Virus record (IMG/VR): IMGVR_UViG_3300029908_000007
Location: 98,309-162,308 of that record
Strand: one strand, 5' to 3'
Length of the DNA: 64,000 nt
Source: a virus
A program made the translations under genes and the position numbers. Position 1 is the first letter of the stretch, and each line of letters opens with the position of its first letter. A model generated the notes under the pieces. The model was not told the origin of the DNA. It was given only the letters and a program-made list of their open reading frames with translations, and made no database searches. This document shows positions 51,271-59,966 of this stretch, piece after piece.

Positions 51271-51286
51271 ACCTTCTCCTCCGCCC

Positions 51287-51325
51287 ACTGTCTCACAAGG
51301 CCTGGCGGAAGTCAAGAACTATTTT
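51287..51325 (-). promoter_or_regulatory. sigma70 promoter of the AAAATAGTTCTTGAC family
   Basis: AAAATAGTTC-TTGACT-17-GACAGT with upstream TG. Confidence 0.6.
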
Positions 51326-51373
51326 ATTAAGGGATTGTTAAATCAGGACACTTATCTGGACACTGTGTCCAGA

Positions 51374-51589
51374 TTAAGAAGGCGGTGGTCCATTCTCTTC
51401 CATAGCCCCAACCACAAACTTGGCTACTTTTTGAAGACCGGCTTCTCCTCGAATGGCGATAAGATCGGATGGCGACATGTTTCCAAAGTGAGGATTGTCG
51501 GTTAGCAGCCAAAACGCGATCTTCGCCGGATCATCCTTAAAGAATTCAGCGAGACCGGTTGCGATGGCGGTTATTGGGGAGTCGATCGT
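51374..51589 (-). CDS. Xre/MbcA/ParS antitoxin C-terminal-domain (DUF2384-like) protein with a non-canonical start
   Basis: AEFFKDDPAKIAFWLLTDNPHFGNMSPSDLIAIRGEAGLQKVAKFV; ACG codon 6 nt after AAGGA; absent from the ORF track. Confidence 0.55.
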   Translation of the reverse strand, partial: TIDSPITAIATGLAEFFKDDPAKIAFWLLTDNPHFGNMSPSDLIAIRGEAGLQKVAKFVVGAMEENGPPPS

Positions 51590-51828
51590 TTGGAGTCCTT
51601 ATACAGATCTTCGACAGCCTTCATAGTTTTATCAGCATCGAAACCGTTTTGGTTGCACATATAGGCGATCCCGAATTCCGCATAAGCTACGTCTGCTGGA
51701 GATTTATCTTTTACGCTGTCGTCGAAATCAATTCTTTGCTTGATCTCTTTCCTACAAGAGTCCAAAGTGGGTCGGGGCTTAATGGTAGCACAAGCAAATA
51801 AGAAGGGGAGCAAGAGTAGGTATTTCAT
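51571..51828 (-). CDS. Lipoprotein
   Basis: MKYLLLLPFLFAC lipobox. Confidence 0.6.
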   Translation of the reverse strand: MKYLLLLPFLFACATIKPRPTLDSCRKEIKQRIDFDDSVKDKSPADVAYAEFGIAYMCNQNGFDADKTMKAVEDLYKDSKRSTPQ

Positions 51829-51837
51829 ATATTCTAC

Positions 51838-52035
51838 TTAAACCTTGATAATGTCTTTTTTAAAGAATAGCTTAGCGCCTCCAATAACGATGCCGAAAGC
51901 ACCAAAAACTAGAGCCAGGAGCCCGATATACCATTTCTTACGGAAGCCCAGAACGGCTCCGTAGATATGAAGCGCAAATAAACCCAAGGCCAGTGCTAGC
52001 ATTCCTAGAACAAAAACAGCTGATACCAAAGTCAT
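51838..52035 (-). CDS. Small two-TM membrane protein
   Basis: GGAGG RBS; two hydrophobic helices. Confidence 0.55.
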   Translation of the reverse strand: MTLVSAVFVLGMLALALGLFALHIYGAVLGFRKKWYIGLLALVFGAFGIVIGGAKLFFKKDIIKV

Positions 52036-52185
52036 AAATTAATCCTCCATTTGTTGTATATCATAGACCACAGATGACATAATCGGATATTCCAAAATTG
52101 GAAAGCGTCTTCTCAGAGGCCTCAATAATACAATCCTCGCATATATCTGCGACTAGTTCTAGTTTGTGTTTAATACAAATGGCCA

Positions 52186-52506
52186 TTAGCTATCTTTCCT
52201 CTTCATTTCAACATAGAAGGTCCAAACCTGAAGTTTTTCTTTATACAGACTTAGTATTAAGTCCCATTTGGTTTTCCAAGAATCGTTATTTAAAACCAAG
52301 GCATATATTGAAGATCTATAAAATTGAACATTGGCTAGCTGATCTCTTAGAAAGGGGTCGGTTTCGGCTTCGACTTCCATGGCCTTCAAATAGGTCTCAA
52401 TTTCTTTGATAAACTCGGTTTTAAGACGAAGCTCTTGGCCATCAGATAATATGGTCAACATTCTGGAGAATTGGGTAAAGTAAGGGGAGACTTCTAGGGT
52501 TTTCAT
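52186..52506 (-). CDS. Hypothetical protein
   Basis: 106 aa, coupled. Confidence 0.5.
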   Translation of the reverse strand: MKTLEVSPYFTQFSRMLTILSDGQELRLKTEFIKEIETYLKAMEVEAETDPFLRDQLANVQFYRSSIYALVLNNDSWKTKWDLILSLYKEKLQVWTFYVEMKRKDS

Positions 52507-52917
52507 TTAAACCTCGACCTTGTGCGACCGGCAGTACCTAAACTTCTTACCCGCGCACTCGTTATCCACGACTTCACATTGGCTGTGATCGGAGCCGCTG
52601 GAGACCTTGACTTCGATGGGCATGTTGTCGATACCTGTTGGAATTCGAAAATTGACATTGAGAGCGGCGTGGTATTGACCGCTATAGCCGCCCTGAACAG
52701 AGGGGGAGCCGAGGGTAAATATAGAGGTTCCGGCTGCAAAATCAAAAGAACTAGCCCAAAATTGGTTGCCCACATATACACTGTGGTCCGAGCTGCGAAT
52801 TACATCGGATATAGACTCAAAAAAATAAATTCCTGCATTAATTTCAGTAATTACAGCTCTAAAAGGTAAAAAAGCTTTTGAGCTTAGTTCTAGTATTCCG
52901 ATGTCTCCTATTTGCAT
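52507..52917 (-). CDS. Hypothetical protein
   Basis: 136 aa with AAGGA RBS. Confidence 0.5.
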   Translation of the reverse strand: MQIGDIGILELSSKAFLPFRAVITEINAGIYFFESISDVIRSSDHSVYVGNQFWASSFDFAAGTSIFTLGSPSVQGGYSGQYHAALNVNFRIPTGIDNMPIEVKVSSGSDHSQCEVVDNECAGKKFRYCRSHKVEV

Positions 52918-52919
52918 AA

Positions 52920-53282
52920 TTATCCTTTCAATAATGGCATCGTCGCCACTAATACTGTTAAATGTAAGGCTTGATCGACGCCGATGACGGCGAAAAAGTT
53001 GTGAACTTGTTTTTCAGCCCAGAGGCGCTTGGTGATGCGGGAAGTGATGTAGTCTGTTGCGAAGTGGGCCAAGCCGTTAACTAAGACGTAGGCGGAGGTA
53101 GCACCCACTGAATAGGGTCCGACAAAGATCTGAGAGAAACGAAGAGCCAGCCACATCCAAAACATGTAACTAACAATATGTCGGGCTAGCCAATAGTTTG
53201 AGCTGCTCTTGTTCTTGGCTTGTTGGTCGGTTTGCATGAAGAAGTCGGCGAAACAATGGGCCCAGATTAAGACGTAAATCAT
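52920..53282 (-). CDS. DUF3307-family membrane protein
   Basis: HCFADFFMQT...H...HFATD...DQALH. Confidence 0.75.
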   Translation of the reverse strand: MIYVLIWAHCFADFFMQTDQQAKNKSSSNYWLARHIVSYMFWMWLALRFSQIFVGPYSVGATSAYVLVNGLAHFATDYITSRITKRLWAEKQVHNFFAVIGVDQALHLTVLVATMPLLKG

Positions 53283-53665
53283 GGCTTCACCTCGGCTTTA
53301 ATAACGGCGATGTTAACGATGGGAATATAAGCGCAGAGTCCGTCGTCTTTGTAATAGCCATCCCTAAACACCGAGTATTCTATGAAATTCTCCACACGTT
53401 CCTGGCTGTCATAGAGTTCGGTTTCCCAGCCGAAGCCATTGTTCCGAGTTCGGGCTTCTGGTTCAAAGGTGTCGGTGTAATGGACATGGCCGTCTTTTCG
53501 AATAATAACGGCTCTATAACGAGGTTTGGCTTTCTCCTCTGCTATCCAAGCCGATTCTCCTTTTTTACATAGCTGGTAAGCGCGTTTGTCATCTCTGCTA
53601 TCTTTGATACAGGCCCAGACGATGACGGCGATGAGAAAGACGGCGACGGCGAGGATGTAGGTCAT
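53279..53665 (-). CDS. Membrane-anchored hypothetical protein
   Basis: N-terminal TM helix. Confidence 0.5.
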   Translation of the reverse strand: MTYILAVAVFLIAVIVWACIKDSRDDKRAYQLCKKGESAWIAEEKAKPRYRAVIIRKDGHVHYTDTFEPEARTRNNGFGWETELYDSQERVENFIEYSVFRDGYYKDDGLCAYIPIVNIAVIKAEVKP

Positions 53666-54012
53666 ACCGAATCCCTTGCTTTAGTATAGGTCTCAATTTC
53701 TTTTTGTGCTAATTCAACCGCCTTCTTCGCACTTTCTAGAATGGCTTTAAAATCTTTCTTTTTGGCCATTCGAATCTCGTCTACGCTGACATACGATTCC
53801 GGCTTATAGATAGCAGCCATTCTGGAATCGCTTATGTAATAAGCTACACTCTCCAACCCCATTTCTTCTGAATCTTTTTTATTTGCTTCAACAAAACGCC
53901 AATTTAAAACGCTGCGAATAACTCCCCCAAATCTAGGATCCTCTTCTAATTGGACAGGGTATTTGTTGTAGCTGGGAATGACCACCCAATCGCCTTTCTT
54001 GTACGCGTTCAT
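53662..54012 (-). CDS. Hypothetical protein
   Basis: GAGGAG RBS. Confidence 0.5.
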   Translation of the reverse strand: MNAYKKGDWVVIPSYNKYPVQLEEDPRFGGVIRSVLNWRFVEANKKDSEEMGLESVAYYISDSRMAAIYKPESYVSVDEIRMAKKKDFKAILESAKKAVELAQKEIETYTKARDSV

Positions 54013-54256
54013 GTGGTTTCTCCTCTAGATCCAAGTTCTTGGAGAATGGCTTCTAGCTGACCCGCTTTCTTGTGAAAATCTTCTAGGATTGAAAAATAGA
54101 GATCTCTTAAGGTCTCATCATCTGCTAAGTCAAGTTCCCAATCGCATTCTATTATCTTAAATAGACTCATAATCCCAATCCTCGGTCCTCTAATCGGTTA
54201 AAGCAACTTAGACTAAAATTAAGCCAAAGCCAGCGCACACTGCTCACCACGAAACC

Positions 54257-54295
54257 AGGATATAACAGGGTTTGGGGAATGTCAAGAACTATTTT
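54257..54295 (-). promoter_or_regulatory. sigma70 promoter of the AAAATAGTTCTTGAC family
   Basis: AAAATAGTTC-TTGACA-17-TATCCT. Confidence 0.7.
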
Positions 54296-54926
54296 AGTAA
54301 CCGTCGTCTTCGTCAGGCGGCTTAGGAGCGGGAAGTGGTTGGATTCTATGAGTAGGTAGTTCAAACTCAATATCTTTGTTTTTACAGTATTCCATGAGTT
54401 TGTCGACATCTAAAGGTGCTGGTACGCGCTCCAACACGCCCTCATAGTAATCGTGGCATTGATCGACATAGCACCAGGTTCCATCTTCTAAACGATCATA
54501 CATGCCGTAATAACGTGTGGTTAGTAGTTGATCGGAAGCCAAGGGGTGTCGGATCTCAACCGTGGTTCCAGTATAAGGTTTGTCATGGAATGAGTAAATC
54601 CTAAACTTGCCTTCGTTAAAATATAGAGAAATGCTAAAATTTGGAAATAGTTCTTCGAGTTCTTTTTTGATGGTTTCTTCGAGTTCTTTGGTATCTACAT
54701 TTAGGGGAAGTTTGAGAGCTTTAAGTATTTCTTTGGAAACCCACATCGAGCCCATGGTTAGTTCTTTGTCGATAATAGTTCGTAGGACGTTGTCATCCAT
54801 GGCGATGCGGAGCTGTTTATCGATGATCCTGTGGGTTGAAACATTGGCTAAAGTCGGACTCCAACTGCCGTCTTCGTCTAGGATTACTTGAATTTTAAGT
54901 CTAAGGTTTCTCATACCGTAAGTCAT
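54294..54926 (-). CDS. Hypothetical protein
   Basis: 210 aa, coupled. Confidence 0.55.
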   Translation of the reverse strand: MTYGMRNLRLKIQVILDEDGSWSPTLANVSTHRIIDKQLRIAMDDNVLRTIIDKELTMGSMWVSKEILKALKLPLNVDTKELEETIKKELEELFPNFSISLYFNEGKFRIYSFHDKPYTGTTVEIRHPLASDQLLTTRYYGMYDRLEDGTWCYVDQCHDYYEGVLERVPAPLDVDKLMEYCKNKDIEFELPTHRIQPLPAPKPPDEDDGY

Positions 54927-55204
54927 TGGTTCCCTTCTATCCTTTCCAACGCCGTCCTAGCTGGGCCCAAGTAGCTTAATGCGTTAAGAGCGTGTACGGC
55001 GATACTAAGTTTGTCTTCAAGCCTCATTCGGCCTTTCTCGCATTCCCAGCTTTCAAGACCACATTCGGATCTGTCTTCCACGGCCTGGGCGTAACCCCAA
55101 CGAGCACCTTCTTTGAAATTATACTTGGCGGTAGTTCGGGAATCGATAAAAGTATCGGAACCAGCTTTTTCAGCGGCATCTCGCAGCTTATTCTCATCGA
55201 TCAT
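54923..55204 (-). CDS. Hypothetical protein
   Basis: FKEGARW motif common in phage small proteins. Confidence 0.5.
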   Translation of the reverse strand: MIDENKLRDAAEKAGSDTFIDSRTTAKYNFKEGARWGYAQAVEDRSECGLESWECEKGRMRLEDKLSIAVHALNALSYLGPARTALERIEGNQ

Positions 55205-55392
55205 GAAAAAATCCTCTTAATAGCCAGCCAAGCGCCCTTAAGTGCTAACAAAGTAAGAAGTAGCGGCCATATAAAAAACCAGGCAAGGTTTTCTGCTGAG
55301 GGATGCTTGCTGTCTTCGCTTAGTAAGGCGCAGAAAAAGCCGATGGCTATATAGCCTATAATTGTTAGGGCAATGATTTGATCCATATTCAT
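55201..55392 (-). CDS. Small membrane protein
   Basis: AGGAG RBS; two TM helices with FIWP. Confidence 0.55.
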   Translation of the reverse strand: MNMDQIIALTIIGYIAIGFFCALLSEDSKHPSAENLAWFFIWPLLLTLLALKGAWLAIKRIFS

Positions 55393-55406
55393 AAATCTCC
55401 TATATA

Positions 55407-55584
55407 TGCAAGGGCTGCTCGCGACTGCAGCTCAGATTGGACCCAAGATCATCTGTTCCGATCGGACTCAGCCAACTAGCCTGCTTGGGCGCTAGTTGTT
55501 GCGCATCTTCCGACTCGTGCGTGTCTCCAGCGGGATGCGAAGTAAGCCTCGCCACCTTCCCGCAGCTTCCCACGCCGCCTTGCC
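55407..55584 (-). ncRNA. Structured, tRNA-shaped ncRNA with kissing loops
   Basis: Closing stem GCAAGG/CCTTGC, GCGTG/CACGC arm, CAACTAGC/GCTAGTTG and CAGAT/ATCTG hairpins with complementary loops, GCTGC/GCAGC arm; predicted TSS at the 5' stem. Confidence 0.7.
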
Positions 55585-55589
55585 TAACT

Positions 55590-55628
55590 AGAGTATAACA
55601 GGGGGAATCAGAAGTCAAGAACTATTTT
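55590..55628 (-). promoter_or_regulatory. sigma70 promoter of the AAAATAGTTCTTGAC family (drives the ncRNA)
   Basis: AAAATAGTTC-TTGACT-17-TACTCT. Confidence 0.7.
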
Positions 55629-55662
55629 GGGGCGTAAGCCTTTCCGGGCTGAGCCGGGGGTT

Positions 55663-56280
55663 TCATAACCCCAGCACGTCTCTAATGGGAAAATCTTTTA
55701 AGTCCTGGTCTCCTAGGATATAACAACGGTTGTGCGCGGGGACTTCGAGATAAGCTTTTCTCAGCTCTTCCAGATTGGATTTGGAGGGATCCAGGATGTA
55801 GCTATGGTAGGCGTCAAAACAGATTTCAGAAGCCGATTTATTACCTAGTCCGACGTGAACCGCGTCTAAAACGGCTTTGACGAAGTCGGCTTGGGTTATC
55901 CATTTATGAGCAAACATCAGACCGCCGTCTTTTCGTAAGGTCTTGGCCTGCGTGAATACAAAGCCTTGATCGCCGATCCTAACTTCGGTTCCATCGGGGA
56001 CGTCTATGGTAATCCAGCCCGAAGACGTTTTAGCCAAAAATTCGGCTTTATCCATTGGCCCCCAACATTCGATGCCGCCGCCTTCGAAGACTTTAAGAGT
56101 GGTTAGGTAGTAGTTCGTGTTATGGATAAAACAGTAGGTTTCAAAGATACAGTCTTTACCGGGATAGTAGTATATCACAAATCTAACTATTGCTGGTAAA
56201 ACGACAAAAGTGACAAATGTTGGGTTCCGTAAATTTTCCGGAACAGGTGTAATGGTTGGAAGCGGCAGCGCTAGTCCCAT
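55663..56280 (-). CDS. Hypothetical protein resembling the domain found N-terminal to some NADAR proteins
   Basis: FIHNTNYYLTTLKVFEGGGIECWG...SGW...YLEVPAHNRCYILGDQDLKDFPIR; true start uncertain. Confidence 0.45.
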   Translation of the reverse strand: MGLALPLPTITPVPENLRNPTFVTFVVLPAIVRFVIYYYPGKDCIFETYCFIHNTNYYLTTLKVFEGGGIECWGPMDKAEFLAKTSSGWITIDVPDGTEVRIGDQGFVFTQAKTLRKDGGLMFAHKWITQADFVKAVLDAVHVGLGNKSASEICFDAYHSYILDPSKSNLEELRKAYLEVPAHNRCYILGDQDLKDFPIRDVLGL

Positions 56281-57284
56281 ATGGTACAGGGGGCTGTAGG
56301 TTTGGGGGCTGGAGCGGGATTAAGGAATTTATTAATATCAAAAAATTCAGAAGGAATATTGGCGTTTTTCTTCAGGTTATCTGCACATAGTATGGGACGT
56401 AAATTAGTGTAATGTAAAGCTTTTAGATAAGCTTCAGAGCTGTGATCATAGGCTTTACTTATGGGATAGTAGTGATCTAGATGCCATAAAGTTCCGTGGT
56501 TATCCCAGGTCATTCCATTTACAAATTGTTTTTCTAAATACTTCCTTAAGTCCGTGTTAGTACAACCGATTTTATCATTAAACCTTTCGTTGTCAGCAAA
56601 TAAAAATTGTCTCAAAGAAGCTCTGGCGGCATTGAAAAATTTATCACGATTAATCCTCGTGGGGTTATATCTGCAAGTACTACAAATGAGTCCGTTATTT
56701 CCGGTATCGGTTTTAAACAAATCTAGGGATAATTCTTGGTTGCAGTGTTTACAAAATCTATGACCATCCTTGGGAGTGATTAGGGGCTTCCTGTCTCTAT
56801 GGCTTTCTGGAAGTCTCGTCAACGACTGTACGAAAGTACCCATGGCCATAGCTCGTTCCCAAAACTCAGCTCTGCGATCTCTGTGAGTCTTTTTAGGAGA
56901 CTTACGGGACTTGGGAAGGGGTGGCAGTCCGTTTCTCTTACGGCGGTGTCCTTCAGCCCTACAGGGCTTGCATTTGGAATAATATTGAGGATAGCCTTTC
57001 TTAGTCCAATTGGCAATGGTAAAATCGTCGATGGGCTTCTCTAGACCACAATGGCCCTGGCATTCTCTACGTGTTAAAACTTTTGCTTTTTTAAACTTAG
57101 GAAGCTTTTTGAGGATCCAAAGGCTTTTTCGATTCTTTAAACGCTTTTCGGCTTTCTTGAGTTCGACTTTCTCCTTACGCCTCTGAGCAACTCTTATGGG
57201 ACGCATACGGTCTTCTAGGCGGCAATAGTCGCAATATAGACCCGCTTCTACTATTCCCCTACATTTACGACATAGCTTCTTCAT
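56271..57284 (-). mobile_element. HNH homing-endonuclease-like gene with Zn-finger repeats
   Basis: LRKYLEKQFVNGMTWDNHGTLWHLDHYYPIS...HYTNLRPI...NLKK. Confidence 0.75.
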
Positions 57285-57289
57285 AGCTT

Positions 57290-58150
57290 CTATATATCAA
57301 AGAGAAAGGTGCCCATCGTGGTAATCATTGGATTTTTGTAAAAAAAATTTTAAAAATTGACATGCTATATTAAGAGAAAATCCTATGGAAAAAAATTTTA
57401 GAAATTATAAAGTAATTGCATTTGTTACATAATAGGGTTGAACCATGCGACCTAATAGGGATTCACCGATAAACGATTTTGCTGACTAATCATCAATGTA
57501 TTCAATGACTTACACATGTGTCGTATCCGCGCAGGTGTCAACTTGATTGATAGCAGACTAACGCGCTGATACTGTTAGACTATTCGCGTTGACAATTATC
57601 GTCACTTCGGACGCCTAACCTAGGCCATAACAGACATGGGCCTTAACAATTAGGGGAATGCGGGCGCGGTATCGGATTGACTCCGCATGGTGGAATAGAC
57701 GGAATTGATAGATTGACGTGATATTGAATAGATAGGGAGATCTCGTCTAGGTTTAGTACATGTTTGGTTTTAACATTTTGTAACGTATTGAGGATTGACC
57801 GGGGATATCGGACGCACAAATGCCCTAGACCGATGCGGACTAAGGCGATTGTTAAGGTTTTAAAATCTATTGTAAACGACTCCTATTAAATCGCATATAA
57901 CGCATGCCAGCGCATTAAGTTGCTTTTAATAGATAGCCTATAGGTAAAGATTGTAGGGACTAAGAGGAAAAGTGAAAACGAAAAGCGAATTGCTGAGTAA
58001 TTCTATGTGGTTAACGTCTTCAAAGGCCTACCGGCCACGTCCGACGATCTTTTAGACGCTGTAAACACCATATACAGCGTTTTTGCCATGTTTTGCCATG
58101 CCCTACGCTATAACGTTCCCTGTCATGGTATCTGCCTTGCATCATAGAAG
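57290..58150. other. Non-coding strand-switch region (candidate origin, genome terminus or control region)
   Basis: About 860 bp without a convincing ORF; A-tract repeats, IHF-like sites, divergent promoters. Confidence 0.55.
58126..58141 (+). promoter_or_regulatory. sigma54 promoter
   Basis: TGGTATCTGCCTTGCA with GG-N10-GC spacing; predicted +1 at the ATG (leaderless). Confidence 0.7.
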
Positions 58151-58152
58151 TC

Positions 58153-58647
58153 ATGAAAACCCATTTTGAAACCGAAACCTGCTCTAGATGTCATGGAAGC
58201 GGCAAATATAGTTACTGCGAGCGTTTCGCCGATATCTGTTTTAAGTGCGGCGGCGCGAAAGTCGTTTTGACTAGTCGCGGCGCCGCTGCTAAGGCCTACC
58301 TTGAAAACCTATGTTCTAAGCCCGCTAGTGCGTTACAGGTAGGCGAGCGCGTCTTAGTCCATGGCATGACCTTGGGCGGTACGCTATTCAGCTATATCGC
58401 CACGGTTACATCAATTGAAGTCGACGCCGCCGATCCCTGTATTAGTACTAGCTTCATTGGACCCAGAAACCGCTATATTGAAGTAACGACTTCGCATCCC
58501 AAGTACGGCGAAAACCGTCAAGGCGTTTATAACAGTGATTTCCGAATGTATCCCGCTAATAATGAAAAATTAATAGCCAAGGCCTTGGAGTATCAATCCA
58601 GCCTGACTAAAAAAGGAGTTCCCAAGAAGTCTCGAAAAACCGCTTAA
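58153..58647 (+). CDS. Early hypothetical protein with an N-terminal Zn finger
   Basis: CSRCHGSG...CFKCGG. Confidence 0.65.
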   Translation: MKTHFETETCSRCHGSGKYSYCERFADICFKCGGAKVVLTSRGAAAKAYLENLCSKPASALQVGERVLVHGMTLGGTLFSYIATVTSIEVDAADPCISTSFIGPRNRYIEVTTSHPKYGENRQGVYNSDFRMYPANNEKLIAKALEYQSSLTKKGVPKKSRKTA

Positions 58648-59187
58648 ACGTTTTTCATTCCTTGCATCTCCTCTGTTTTGCCTATAATGAGAAACACTAG
58701 GGCCCAGTCTTGACGCCTAGACTTGACGCATGACTCCGGGCCCTAACGCCGTCGACTGACTCCTATTGATATACCCTTGACCGATCCGCGCCCAGTCAAG
58801 CCTTACTGTTTAAGCCCTTGACGCTGTACTGACAATTGACGACTTTTAAAACTCCGATTTCAATTGTTTCAAGTACTTGCGAAAAGTGTTAACAATTGCC
58901 TGTAACTGCCTGATATATAACGCGGAAACCAGCTAGCGCTGGCGAGCATTATACAACTATTTGAATAGACTGGGATTAATTGATTATTTCAGCCTTGGCA
59001 TGTTTAGTGTACTATAGTCTGGTAGGACTGCAAATTGGATCATTTAAATTTGTGGGCATTAAACAAGGCGCGACCGGCGAATATTTGCAGATAGGTTGCC
59101 ACAAAATCTTGATCAGTGAAGTCGAAAAGGTTTTAGGCTCGGAAAACGTGGTTAGAATTACTTAACCCATTGTATTGAAAGGAAATT

Positions 59188-59862
59188 ATGTTAAACCAAG
59201 TCAAGTCTGTTATTAGTATTGAAAACCTTGTTAAGGAATTAAGCCCTAGGGGGAATGGGAAAACCATTAAGTCAAATAAACCTAAAAACGGTATTCACGC
59301 CTATGTCTGGCGCATGGCTCGGTTTTATGGCGGTATCGATACCTGTATTCCCATGACTGCTAATTGGGATTTACATACCGGGATAGAAGAGACTTTCGGA
59401 GTGAAGTACTATACCAGTATTAAGGACGAAAACGGCCTATCTGTTAAGGGTTACAGCGACAATGAGATATGCGCATGGCTTGACGGAGTCGCAAAACAAG
59501 TACTAGGTGCAATGGGCTTGGGTCCGATGCGATTGACGGTTAACCCGGATGAAACACTAGTTCTAACTGGCCGTCAAAACAGTATGGATGGAATCGCGGT
59601 AGGCGCAATGGTTGCTAAAGTCAATACCTTGGATAAACTAACACTCGCCATTGTCTATCATGGTGCCCGACTTCAACCCTATGGCGCGTCAATTGAGTCT
59701 TGGCGAGTCGTGAAGTCTGGCATTGATTTAGCCAAACTAGAGTCAATCGGCCTAGGCGAATTGCGCAAAACCGTTGTTTTGAAAAATGGGGGAAGCATTA
59801 ATGGATCGATTGACGCATGGCTTGACTTGCATCAAGAGATATTGAAAACCGATGCGGCGTGA
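59188..59862 (+). CDS. Early hypothetical protein
   Basis: AAGGA RBS; AYVWRMARF motif. Confidence 0.6.
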   Translation: MLNQVKSVISIENLVKELSPRGNGKTIKSNKPKNGIHAYVWRMARFYGGIDTCIPMTANWDLHTGIEETFGVKYYTSIKDENGLSVKGYSDNEICAWLDGVAKQVLGAMGLGPMRLTVNPDETLVLTGRQNSMDGIAVGAMVAKVNTLDKLTLAIVYHGARLQPYGASIESWRVVKSGIDLAKLESIGLGELRKTVVLKNGGSINGSIDAWLDLHQEILKTDAA

Positions 59863-59875
59863 GTTAACTTAGTAT

Positions 59876-59902
59876 GGGTCCGGGTATCTGCCCGGGCCCT
59901 TT
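59876..59902 (+). terminator. GC-rich hairpin after the stop, possible terminator
   Basis: GGGTCCGGG-TATCTG-CCCGGGCCC followed by TTT. Confidence 0.45.
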
Positions 59903-59908
59903 CGCCAT

Positions 59909-59966
59909 TGCCCTTGGGTCCCTGCCCTTGGGTCCCTGCCCTTGGGTCCCTGCGGCGGCGGCGGCG
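59909..59966. repeat. 3 x 14-bp tandem repeat followed by (GCG)n
   Basis: TGCCCTTGGGTCCC three times, exact. Confidence 0.9.

Noticed and set aside
55400-55618. 72-aa ORF from the track
   Set aside because: It starts inside the -35 box with no RBS and overlaps an extensively paired RNA.
58940-58955. Additional sigma54 box TGGCGAGCATTATACA
   Set aside because: The -12 element lacks the conserved G; too degenerate to call.
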